This document shows positions 36,402-44,986 of a stretch of DNA of 64,000 nt, piece by piece (the first letter of the stretch is position 1; every line of letters starts with the position of its first letter). The translations under genes and the position numbers were made by a program. The notes below the pieces were generated by a model. The model was not told the origin of the DNA. It ran no database searches and was given only the letters and a program-made list of their open reading frames with translations. Origin of the DNA: Pseudomonadales bacterium (GTDB lineage: Bacteria; Pseudomonadota; Gammaproteobacteria; Pseudomonadales; UBA7434); the NCBI GenBank assembly GCA_028223755.1, contig JAOIUY010000006.1, positions 24,564-88,563 of the forward strand, given 5' to 3'.

Positions 36402-36617
36402 CTAGTACATGCGAACTCTAGAGCGAATATCACGGCCAACTTTCTTTTGATGACGTTTAACGGCAGCAGCAGCTTTGCGTTTACGAACAGCTGTTGGCTT
36501 CTCGTAGAATTCGCGACGGCGTACTTCGGCAATGACACCGGCTTTTTCGCAAGATCGTTTAAAACGACGAAGGGCGATATCAAAGGGCTCGTTATCTTTT
36601 ACTCTAACTTGTGGCAT
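36402..36617 (-). CDS. rpsU: 30S ribosomal protein S21
   Basis: [28 protein letters not shown].. 71 aa. Confidence 0.96.
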   Translation of the reverse strand: MPQVRVKDNEPFDIALRRFKRSCEKAGVIAEVRRREFYEKPTAVRKRKAAAAVKRHQKKVGRDIRSRVRMY

Positions 36618-36661
36618 AAAAACTCATCTACTTGGTATAAGGTTCAAATATACATTTTAAA

Positions 36662-36680
36662 GATAATCACTGTGATTATC
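36662..36680. promoter_or_regulatory. Perfect 19-bp palindrome GATAATCAC-T-GTGATTATC upstream of rpsU
   Basis: 9-bp arms around one central nt, 45-63 nt upstream of the rpsU ATG. The outer hexamers equal the Fur-box hexamers GATAAT/ATTATC. Confidence 0.4.
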
Positions 36681-36817
36681 AGGCACAGCCAAAGGTCGGC
36701 TTTTGCAAGGGCGGCAATTCTATACAGGCTTTGCGTAAATTGCAAAGGCATTTGGATGGTTTTTATTGCCTATTGAGTGGCTCGATTAGCGGTTTATATA
36801 AAGGTCTATCTGCAGAC

Positions 36818-36877
36818 TAGGTTATATACCTAGTTATATACCTAGTTATATACCTAGTTATAGACCAAGGTATAGCC
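36818..36877. repeat. 12-bp tandem repeat (TAGTTATATACC), about 5 copies
   Basis: Two perfect copies (36831-36854), one copy with an extra g (36818-36830), one with a single substitution (36855-36866) and one degenerate copy (36867-36877). Flanked by the 10-bp direct repeat TGGCTCGATT at 36778-36787 and 36888-36897. Confidence 0.85.
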
Positions 36878-37138
36878 AGTGCTGGAATGGCTCGATTGAG
36901 AGACTTAAGCACGATGCAGATACGCCAGCCGCCGGACTATTTATCGCTTTTTTAGTAAAAAATAAGCTATTACAGCGCCGAGATTTACGCCAATCAATAG
37001 TCTATGCCGTTGTTTTTATTCGTAAAGTCCGCATAATGACAGCCATTATGGCTATGCTTGTTGTCGCTGCTCGATAAGAACCTCTTATGAGCGTATCGGT
37101 CGAAGTTTATCCGCAGCAAACCCTTTGGAGATAGTGTC

Positions 37139-37642
37139 ATGAACAAATTATTGAATTTATCAGGTGCATCAAGACTGGTAAGTATTTTAACGGCTAGCCT
37201 TTTGTTAGTTGCCTGTGTCCCTTCTCAGCAGACGGGCACGAGTTATTCGCGTGATGAAGCGCGTACCGAACAGAATGTGAAGCTGGGAACCATTGTCGAT
37301 GCAACGCCAGTAGTGATTGAAGGGACTAAAACCGGTATAGGCGGCGTACTTGGCGGTGTTGTCGGTGGTCTTGCCGGTTCAACAGTGGATGACGGCACTA
37401 CTGGCGATATTGCCGCCGTGATAGTGGGTGCCGCTGGTGCCGCAGTTGGTGCTAAAGCGGAGAGTGCAATAACGAAAGCGCAAGGCATGGAATACATGAT
37501 TAAATTAGACGATGGCGAAGTGATTTCTGTTGTACAGGCGTTGGATCCAAATGCGGAACCTATTGGCGCTGGCGATGCGGTAAAATTATTATCGCAGGGC
37601 GGTACTTTTCGAGTGACTAAATTAGCGAGTACACGATATTAA
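37139..37642 (+). CDS. Outer-membrane lipoprotein with glycine-zipper domain (SlyB/PCP-like)
   Basis: Lipobox LLLVAC; glycine zipper GIGGVLGGVVGGLAGS..VIVGAAGAAVGA. Confidence 0.65.
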   Translation: MNKLLNLSGASRLVSILTASLLLVACVPSQQTGTSYSRDEARTEQNVKLGTIVDATPVVIEGTKTGIGGVLGGVVGGLAGSTVDDGTTGDIAAVIVGAAGAAVGAKAESAITKAQGMEYMIKLDDGEVISVVQALDPNAEPIGAGDAVKLLSQGGTFRVTKLASTRY

Positions 37643-37676
37643 TGTCGGTTTTAATCAATAGCAGCAGCGCAGCCAA

Positions 37677-38705
37677 ATGTTAGTGTTAGGTATAGAAACG
37701 TCTTGCGATGAGACGGGCATTGCTCTGTACGATACTGAGCGTGGTTTGTTGGCCGATGCACTGCATAGCCAAATTGATCTGCATGTTGAGTATGGTGGCG
37801 TAGTGCCTGAGTTGGCCTCGCGCGATCATATTCGCAAGACGCTGCCGATGATCCGCCAATTAATGGCAGAGGCCGATATTGATAAAGACGCGATTGATGG
37901 TATTGCCTACACCGCAGGTCCAGGTCTAATTGGCGCTTTATTAGTGGGGGCGTCACTGGGACGCTCGCTGGCAATGGCTTGGAATGTACCCGCAGTTGGC
38001 GTGCATCATATGGAAGGCCATTTACTGGCGCCAATGTTAGAAGATAATCCACCGGCGTTTCCTTTTGTTGCGCTATTAGTTTCCGGCGGCCATACGCAGT
38101 TAGTTGAAGTGAAACAGTTGGGTGATTACACGCTCTTAGGTGAATCGTTAGATGACGCCGCAGGTGAAGCGTTTGATAAGGCGGCTAAAATGATGGGCTT
38201 GCCTTATCCGGGCGGTCCGCAAATTGCGCGCTTAGCAAAAGATGGCGTTGAAGGGCGCTTTGATTTTCCGAGGCCAATGGTGAATCGACCTGGTTTGGAT
38301 TTTAGTTTTAGCGGACTTAAAACGTTTACTAAGAATACCATCGCGCAATGTCAGCGTGACCAATTACTTAATGAGCAAACGAAAGCAGATATTGCTCGTG
38401 CTTTTGAAGAGGCGGTGGTAAGTACGCTAACGATAAAATGTAAGCGCGCTTTAAAGCAGACGGGCTTAAAGCGACTTGTCATTGCTGGTGGCGTGAGTGC
38501 TAATCAACGGCTACGAGAATCTTTAGAAACGATGACGGCAGCGCAGCAGTCACAGGTTTATTATGCGCGACCAGAGTACTGTACCGATAACGGCGCGATG
38601 ATTGCTTTAGCAGGAGCATTGCGATTAGAAGCTGGCCATGTTGAACCGCTCGAAGTAAAAGTTAGACCACGTTGGCCGCTTGAAGAATTAGAACAGCTGG
38701 CTTGA
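37677..38705 (+). CDS. tsaD: tRNA N6-adenosine threonylcarbamoyltransferase
   Basis: [26 protein letters not shown], and GGVSAN at the C-terminal side. Confidence 0.95.
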   Translation: MLVLGIETSCDETGIALYDTERGLLADALHSQIDLHVEYGGVVPELASRDHIRKTLPMIRQLMAEADIDKDAIDGIAYTAGPGLIGALLVGASLGRSLAMAWNVPAVGVHHMEGHLLAPMLEDNPPAFPFVALLVSGGHTQLVEVKQLGDYTLLGESLDDAAGEAFDKAAKMMGLPYPGGPQIARLAKDGVEGRFDFPRPMVNRPGLDFSFSGLKTFTKNTIAQCQRDQLLNEQTKADIARAFEEAVVSTLTIKCKRALKQTGLKRLVIAGGVSANQRLRESLETMTAAQQSQVYYARPEYCTDNGAMIALAGALRLEAGHVEPLEVKVRPRWPLEELEQLA

Positions 38706-38746
38706 GCAGCAGAATAAATTTTAAATAAATATAAGTAAGGTGTTAG

Positions 38747-39103
38747 ATGGCAACGGTTTTTATTGAAGATTTAAAAGTAGATACAGTGATTGGTTTGTGC
38801 GAGTGGGAAAAACACGTCAAGCAAACACTGCATTGTGATATTGATATGCAAGTTGATATTAGCGGTGCGGCTGGCGGCGATAATATTGATGCTACTGTGG
38901 ATTATGCTGCGGTTGCTCAACAGGTCATTGATTTTACGCAGGCGCAAAGTTGTTTGTTAATTGAAACCTTGCTTGAATCATTGTTGCAGCACTTACTTGA
39001 TAGTCATGAGCGCATTAGTGAAATCACTATTACTTTGCGTAAGCCTCTTGCGATTCCTGCCGCGGCCTGTGCGGGTATTACCAGTTCTTTAAGTCGCGAT
39101 TAA
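38747..39103 (+). CDS. folB: Dihydroneopterin aldolase
   Basis: 118 aa; VFIEDLKVDTVIG..EWEK start; DYAAV motif; adjacent to tsaD. Confidence 0.85.
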   Translation: MATVFIEDLKVDTVIGLCEWEKHVKQTLHCDIDMQVDISGAAGGDNIDATVDYAAVAQQVIDFTQAQSCLLIETLLESLLQHLLDSHERISEITITLRKPLAIPAAACAGITSSLSRD

Positions 39104-39126
39104 ATTTGTTAAAACAATCAATAGTA

Positions 39127-40374
39127 TTAGAATTGTTGTTTTAATTCTGCGATACACACTTTTCTAGCATTGCGGATGGATTCGCCGATTGCTTCGCCAC
39201 TAATTCCCGCCGCGATAAATTCTTTAGCATCAACTTGCTTGCAGCGTTCATGTGCGGTTCTTAAAAAAGCAATGGAGCCAAGATTTTGATGTGAGCGCTC
39301 TGGGCTGGTTGATATTAATGCCTCGCAGCTTTGCAGGAATGCTTGGAAGCGATCGGGTCTTCGCCACGCATCACAAATATCTAGCAGCGAAATAATAATG
39401 TCAGGCTTAGAGGCTTTGGCCTGTATTGCGAATTCAATATAGTAAGCGACAAGGCTTGCAAGTTCGCCGTAGTCGTTGGGTACTCTTAATCGCTCGCTAA
39501 TCATTTTTATAGCATTGTCGCTATCGCTTTTTTTACTAATGACTTTAGCGATAATGTTTTTAGGTCGGCTATTGCTATCAATAGCATGTAAGACAATAGC
39601 CCAGCGTATTTCACCAGCGTAGTGTTGTTTGGCGGCATATTCTAAAGCGGTCAATGTACGTTTGCCGATGCTGCTTGAGACATCAAGCATATTGTCATTG
39701 TTATGAAAACAACGATTCAATTCAGGTAGTAACTCTTCTAATGCGCCACATTGATAAAGTGTTTGGATAAATGCTTGTGGGGAGGTTTCGTTTAAACCTT
39801 TGCGAAATTCTTGCCATACACGTTCGGGTGAAAGCGTATTTAATTCACCCGAACGACTAATGTCTTTCATCAGTGCTAATGTTTCATCGGCAACCGTAAA
39901 GCCAAGATGTAAAAGTTTGGCGTGAAATCTTGCAACGCGAAGTACGCGTAGAGGGTCTTCGGTAAAAGCATCAGAAACATGTCTGAGTAAACGTTGGTTG
40001 ATATCGCCGAGACCATTGTAAGGATCAATTAAACGACCGGCATCGTCTTTAGCGATAGCATTAATGGTTAAGTCGCGGCGTAAAAGATCTTGTTCGAGTG
40101 TGACATCGGCGCTTGCGTGAACTTGAAAGCCTGTATGTCCGCTGCCGTCTTTTCTTTCGGTGCGGGCGAGGGCGTATTCCTCTTTGCTTTCTGGGTGTAA
40201 GAAAACAGGAAAGTCTTTGCCGACTTGTTGAAAATCTTGGTCAAGCATGGCTTTTGCTGTTGCGCCAACCACTACCCAGTCGCGCTCAATAACTTTAATA
40301 CCTAGTAGCTGGTCGCGAACTGCGCCACCAACTAAATAGGTTTTTATGCTTTGATGGTCTTTGTCTTCTTTCAT
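39127..40374 (-). CDS. cca: CCA-adding tRNA nucleotidyltransferase with degenerate HD domain
   Basis: YLVGGAVRDQLLG, RDWVVVG, GKDFPVFLHP, EEYALARTERK and RRDLTINA are collinear with recalled E. coli Cca. The C-terminal half lacks the HD/HHGH residues. Confidence 0.9.
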   Translation of the reverse strand: MKEDKDHQSIKTYLVGGAVRDQLLGIKVIERDWVVVGATAKAMLDQDFQQVGKDFPVFLHPESKEEYALARTERKDGSGHTGFQVHASADVTLEQDLLRRDLTINAIAKDDAGRLIDPYNGLGDINQRLLRHVSDAFTEDPLRVLRVARFHAKLLHLGFTVADETLALMKDISRSGELNTLSPERVWQEFRKGLNETSPQAFIQTLYQCGALEELLPELNRCFHNNDNMLDVSSSIGKRTLTALEYAAKQHYAGEIRWAIVLHAIDSNSRPKNIIAKVISKKSDSDNAIKMISERLRVPNDYGELASLVAYYIEFAIQAKASKPDIIISLLDICDAWRRPDRFQAFLQSCEALISTSPERSHQNLGSIAFLRTAHERCKQVDAKEFIAAGISGEAIGESIRNARKVCIAELKQQF

Positions 40375-41189
40375 AGCGCAGGCTTAGCTTTAGCGGTAGT
40401 GATACGATAATTATCAAGTTGTAACAGTGTAAGTGTTTGGCCCCATACGCAGCCAGTATCAAGACCGAATAAATATTCGTTATCTATATGACCATTAAGC
40501 GCAGCCCAATGACCAAAAATAATGCGTTGCTGCTGTGTTTGTCTGTTGGCTTGTTTAAACCAAGGGTAGTACCCCTTAGGTATATCGTTAAGGTCGCCTT
40601 TGTAGCTAAGGTCGAGGTTACCTTCAATGTCGCAAATACGCATACGCGTAAAATAATTAGTAATGCATCGCAGCCTATCGCTGCCAGTTAAATCATCATT
40701 CCATAGGCTGGGGGTGTTGCCATACATATTCATTAAAAACGGATGAATGGCGTCGGTCTTTAGTACGGCTTCAACTTCAGCAGAATAATTAAGTGCTTGT
40801 TCTAGTGACCACTGTGGGGCAATGCCAGCATGAACCATGGTGTAGTTGATAGTTTCATCATGAATGCAAAGCGCTTGCTGTCTTAGCCAGTTAATTAATT
40901 GCTCACTATCGGGTGCTTCTAAAATAGCGGTGACACTGTCAGATGGCTTTGCTTCGCGGTGGCCATAATAAATAGCCAGTAGATGCAGGTCATGATTACC
41001 GAGTATGCAACGGACACTGTCTTGATGTTGATGTAAAAATCTTAGGGTGGCGAGTGAGTCAGGACCGCGATTAACCATATCGCCGGCTACCCATAGACAA
41101 TCGTTAGATGGATTAAAGGCAACCTGCTCAAGACAGTCTATTAATTCACTGTAGCAGCCTTGAATATCACCAACGGCATAGTCAGTCAT
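40371..41189 (-). CDS. apaH: Bis(5'-nucleosyl)-tetraphosphatase, symmetrical
   Basis: Metallophosphoesterase motifs GDIQGC, GDMVNRG, GNHD, and GH..L. Confidence 0.92.
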   Translation of the reverse strand: MTDYAVGDIQGCYSELIDCLEQVAFNPSNDCLWVAGDMVNRGPDSLATLRFLHQHQDSVRCILGNHDLHLLAIYYGHREAKPSDSVTAILEAPDSEQLINWLRQQALCIHDETINYTMVHAGIAPQWSLEQALNYSAEVEAVLKTDAIHPFLMNMYGNTPSLWNDDLTGSDRLRCITNYFTRMRICDIEGNLDLSYKGDLNDIPKGYYPWFKQANRQTQQQRIIFGHWAALNGHIDNEYLFGLDTGCVWGQTLTLLQLDNYRITTAKAKPAL

Positions 41190-41248
41190 AGTTGATAGAG
41201 GATCGTGGTTGATAGGGCGCCATAGCGATCATCTTAGAATGTCTGCGT

Positions 41249-41641
41249 TTATTGCAATGAGTTTGGATGAACTAACCCAAACGGTTTGATAATGGCGTCA
41301 AATGGCAGGCCGCTATCTGAGCACATTTTATAACTGCCTTCCATGGTACCGGTTTTGGTCGAGAGAATAGCGCCACTACTGTACTGGTAGATTTCGCCAG
41401 GTTTGATATGAGGCTGTTCGCCAACAACACCTTCACCTTCGATTTCACGAATGCTGTTGTTGCCGTCGGTAATAATCCAATGGCGTGCTAATAGTTGCAC
41501 GGCCACATCGCCAAGGTTAGCAATTTCAACGGTATAGGCGAAAGTGTATTCAGCAACCGCTTCATTGGATTGCTCGGGCAGATAGCGTGGTGTGACGTTA
41601 ACCGCAATGCTTTCTTGTAATGTGAGTTGCTCTGTATTCAT
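41249..41641 (-). CDS. apaG: ApaG protein
   Basis: About 125-aa ApaG/DUF525 fold; RHWIITDGNN..EGEGVVGEQP motif; sits between rsmA and apaH. Confidence 0.9.
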   Translation of the reverse strand: MNTEQLTLQESIAVNVTPRYLPEQSNEAVAEYTFAYTVEIANLGDVAVQLLARHWIITDGNNSIREIEGEGVVGEQPHIKPGEIYQYSSGAILSTKTGTMEGSYKMCSDSGLPFDAIIKPFGLVHPNSLQ

Positions 41642-41699
41642 GGATGATATTATGCCGCAATCAAAGTGAGTTGTCTCGCCGTGCCGCAGGATAGATTTT

Positions 41700-42530
41700 T
41701 TATTTTAGTGCGTTTGCTATTTTAACGAACGTGGCGATGTCGAGTGTTTCCGCTCTTGCCGTTGGATCGACATTTAAAGCTTCAAGCTGGTCTGCACTAA
41801 TTAAGCCTTTTAGACCATTACGTAATGTTTTTCGTCTTTGCGCAAAAGCGGCTCTCACAACTTTATCAAGCATTTGTGGCTGGTCTGCTTGCAGAGGTAA
41901 AGTTTTATAAGGCAGTAAGCGGACAATCGCCGACATGACTTTGGGCTTAGGTGAAAAGGCTTCGGGCGGCACATCGAAAAGCGGTTCCACTTCGCAATAG
42001 TATTGCGTCATGATACTTAATCGCCCATAGGTTTTACTGCCCGGTGGTGCTGCCATGCGATCAACAACTTCGCGTTGCAGCATAAAGTGCATATCACTAA
42101 TAACATCGGCTTGGGGCTCTGCGGCGGCTTGCTGAAGTAGATGAAAAATTAATGGCGTAGAGATGTTGTAGGGCAGATTGCCAAATACGCGTAGCGGTTT
42201 TTCCGCTTGCTGCCGAAGCGAAGAGAAATCGAAGTCTAAGGCATCCCCTAAATGAATATTGACACGTTGGTCATTGGCGAACTGCAGCTCTAACTGTGCA
42301 GCTAAGTCTCTATCAATTTCGAGTAAGTTGAGTGAGCTGTTATCGGCAAGCTGATCGACCATCGGTTGGGTTAATGCTGCCTGACCTGGACCAATTTCAA
42401 CAAGCTGATCGCCGCTTTTGGGGACGATAGCGCGCAAAATATTGTCGATGACCAAGCCGTCTTGTAGAAAATTTTGACCGAAGCGCTTGCGGGCAGTATG
42501 CGACACAGCATTGTAGTTAGATTCGTTCAC
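41700..42530 (-). CDS. rsmA: 16S rRNA (adenine1518/1519-N6)-dimethyltransferase
   Basis: RKRFGQNFL, VEIGPG and GNLPYNIS motifs. Confidence 0.93.
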   Translation of the reverse strand: MNESNYNAVSHTARKRFGQNFLQDGLVIDNILRAIVPKSGDQLVEIGPGQAALTQPMVDQLADNSSLNLLEIDRDLAAQLELQFANDQRVNIHLGDALDFDFSSLRQQAEKPLRVFGNLPYNISTPLIFHLLQQAAAEPQADVISDMHFMLQREVVDRMAAPPGSKTYGRLSIMTQYYCEVEPLFDVPPEAFSPKPKVMSAIVRLLPYKTLPLQADQPQMLDKVVRAAFAQRRKTLRNGLKGLISADQLEALNVDPTARAETLDIATFVKIANALK

Positions 42531-43570
42531 TCGTTATTCGCTTTTTGGCAGAGGTCAATTGACATATTAATGGCTGCGCGCAAACTGCTGACACTGGCTT
42601 TGCCTGTGCCGGCAAGATCAAAGGCGGTGCCGTGATCAACTGAAGTTCTAATAAAGGGAAGCCCCAATGTGATATTCACCGCCTGACCGAAACCGTGTGA
42701 CTTCAGTACTGGTAAACCTTGGTCGTGATACATCGCTAGTACGGCATCAGCAGTATCTAAGTATTTTGCGGTAAATAATGTGTCGGCGGGTAGCGCTGGT
42801 GACAACTGCATACCTTGGCTGCGTAATTTAGCGAGACAGGGTTCAATAATTTTTAGCTCTTCATCGCCTAGGTCGCCTTGTTCTCCAGCATGTGGGTTGA
42901 GCCCGCAGACTAAAATGTTCGGCTGGCTAATACCAAAGTGTGAAATTAAATCTTGTTGCAAAATACGCAGCGTCTCTTCAAGCATCTCAGGCTGAATGGC
43001 ATCAGCGATATCGCGAAGCGGTAGATGTGTTGTGGCTAATGCCACTCTTAACGGTCTGCTTAGTAATGATGATTCACTGTTCGCGGTGGCGAGCATCATA
43101 ACTACGCGAGGTGTTTGTGTTTGCTCGGCTAAGTATTCAGTGTGGCCACTGAAAATTGCACGTTGATTGTTGGTGCGCGACAAATGCTGATTAATTACGT
43201 GTTTATTAATGGGGCCAGTGATTAGTGCATCTAAAGATCCATTGCGGCAGTGTGCGATAGCGCAGTCGAGCGTTTTCAAAACGTACTCTCCAGAATCGCT
43301 ATTGGCAACGCCCGGTTCGGGGATGGATGTTAGCTCAACAGCCTCAACATATAATTCGCCAGGCTTTGAATACTGTGCGGTGGCGTTTTTATCGAAAGGG
43401 ATAATAGATAAAGGGAGATCAAGACGTTTTGCGCGGTCGTGTAATAGCTCAGGGTTGGCAATGGCGACTAATTGCGCGCACTGTTCCTGCTGCGCAAGCT
43501 GCACAAGAATGTCAGGGCCAATGCCGGCAGGTTCTCCCGGCGTTATTGCGATGCGCGAAATTTTTTTCAT
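42527..43570 (-). CDS. pdxA: 4-hydroxythreonine-4-phosphate dehydrogenase
   Basis: ITPGEPAGIGPD, GLNPHAGE, and SVDHGTAFD. Confidence 0.93.
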   Translation of the reverse strand: MKKISRIAITPGEPAGIGPDILVQLAQQEQCAQLVAIANPELLHDRAKRLDLPLSIIPFDKNATAQYSKPGELYVEAVELTSIPEPGVANSDSGEYVLKTLDCAIAHCRNGSLDALITGPINKHVINQHLSRTNNQRAIFSGHTEYLAEQTQTPRVVMMLATANSESSLLSRPLRVALATTHLPLRDIADAIQPEMLEETLRILQQDLISHFGISQPNILVCGLNPHAGEQGDLGDEELKIIEPCLAKLRSQGMQLSPALPADTLFTAKYLDTADAVLAMYHDQGLPVLKSHGFGQAVNITLGLPFIRTSVDHGTAFDLAGTGKASVSSLRAAINMSIDLCQKANNE

Positions 43571-43642
43571 TTTAGATTGATTAATTAATTATTCAGGTCA
43601 TCAAATTAAATGCGCTTAATAGAGTATTTAATGTAGATGCTA

Positions 43643-44935
43643 TTATTTTATATCAACAAATGCGTTGTCTCGAAGTTCTTGTAACCAATTATTTAATTCG
43701 TCATCGTATTTGGTTTCAGCTATGGCCATTCTCGCTCTTTGCGCTGCGCGTTCTTGCGATAAATCTTTTTCTCGACGCTCGCTAACTTCAAGAATATGCC
43801 AGCCAAATTGACTTTGAAAAATAGGGCTGCTGACACCAATTTCGGCGTTGTTCATTGTCTCTTCAAAAATAGGCACTAAAACGCCAGGCTCAGTCCAGCC
43901 AAGATCACCACCCGATAAAGCCGAGCCAGGATCATCAGAGTATTTGCGAGCAAGTTGTACAAAGTCTTCACCTTCATTCAATCTTGCTTTAACTTCACTA
44001 GCGAGTATTTTGGCTTCGTCTATGGTGCGGATTTCATTAGGCGCAATAAGAATATGTCTGACGTTTGTCTCGGTGGTTTTTCCTTCTACACCGCCGCGCT
44101 TTTCGTTGATATAGATAACATGATAACCACTGTCACTAAGTATAGGTGCACTAACATCGCCAGCTGCCATGGTATCGATAACGCCTTTAAAGAGGCTGGG
44201 CATGTTTTCGGCGCGACGCCAGCCCAGCGGGCTACGCTCAGCGTTGTGTGCGGCAATTTCATTTTCAATCGCTGCAAAGCCACCATTTTTAAATGCGAGC
44301 TGTTGTATCTGTGAGGCTTTTTCTTTTGCTAGCGTTTTGGTTTGTTCTCCGGGGCTGGTAGGTAGCGGTAATAAGATGTGGTCAATATTAAATTCAGGAG
44401 AGAGTAAAAGCTGCCCTTGCTCTGACTGTAAAAAATTATCGACTTCGCTTTCGCTAATGCTGATATTTCTAATTACGCTGCGGCGCTGGACTTCGTTGAT
44501 TAAAAGATCTTTTCGTACTTTCTCTCGAATCTTCAAGTACGATTCGCCTTGCTGCTCAACCGATGTTTTAAAATCGGCCAGTGATAAGTTGTTGCGTGCA
44601 GCGATGTTTGACATGGCTTCGTTTAATTGCTGGTCGCTAATGCGCATACCCATTTGTGAAGCGCGCTGCAATTGAAGATTCTCAAGAATACTGCGCTCAA
44701 GAATTTGTTCAAACAGCACATCATCAGATGGCATTTGACCACCCGTTGAAGTAATGCGGTTTTTGATTTCGATAATCTTATTTCTAACATCGCTGGCGAG
44801 TACGACATCATCTTCGACAATGGCGATGATGCGATCAAGTAGTTGGTACTCGGCACTTGCTGTTTGAGTAAATGAAATACTGCTTATTGCCAATACAGCC
44901 GACATAACTAACGTTTTTGATAAGTGCGAAATCAT
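43643..44935 (-). CDS. surA: Periplasmic chaperone/PPIase SurA
   Basis: Signal peptide, SurA N-terminal domain, and two parvulin domains (..HILI.., GDLGW..). Confidence 0.92.
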   Translation of the reverse strand: MISHLSKTLVMSAVLAISSISFTQTASAEYQLLDRIIAIVEDDVVLASDVRNKIIEIKNRITSTGGQMPSDDVLFEQILERSILENLQLQRASQMGMRISDQQLNEAMSNIAARNNLSLADFKTSVEQQGESYLKIREKVRKDLLINEVQRRSVIRNISISESEVDNFLQSEQGQLLLSPEFNIDHILLPLPTSPGEQTKTLAKEKASQIQQLAFKNGGFAAIENEIAAHNAERSPLGWRRAENMPSLFKGVIDTMAAGDVSAPILSDSGYHVIYINEKRGGVEGKTTETNVRHILIAPNEIRTIDEAKILASEVKARLNEGEDFVQLARKYSDDPGSALSGGDLGWTEPGVLVPIFEETMNNAEIGVSSPIFQSQFGWHILEVSERREKDLSQERAAQRARMAIAETKYDDELNNWLQELRDNAFVDIK

Positions 44936-44986
44936 ATAAAAATATTATCCTGTTAATTTTCTGCGCTTACTTCTAAGGTTGAGCGC

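Noticed and set aside
44169-44675. 168-aa ORF antisense to surA. Similar long antisense ORFs occur at 43209-43580 (pdxA), 10621-11010 (exporter), 37651-38052 (tsaD), 48415-48762 (amgK/murU) and 366-695 (hflX).
   Set aside because: Each lies wholly inside a confidently identified gene on the other strand, has low-complexity Ser/Arg/Cys/Ala-rich composition and lacks a convincing Shine-Dalgarno sequence. These are typical shadow frames.
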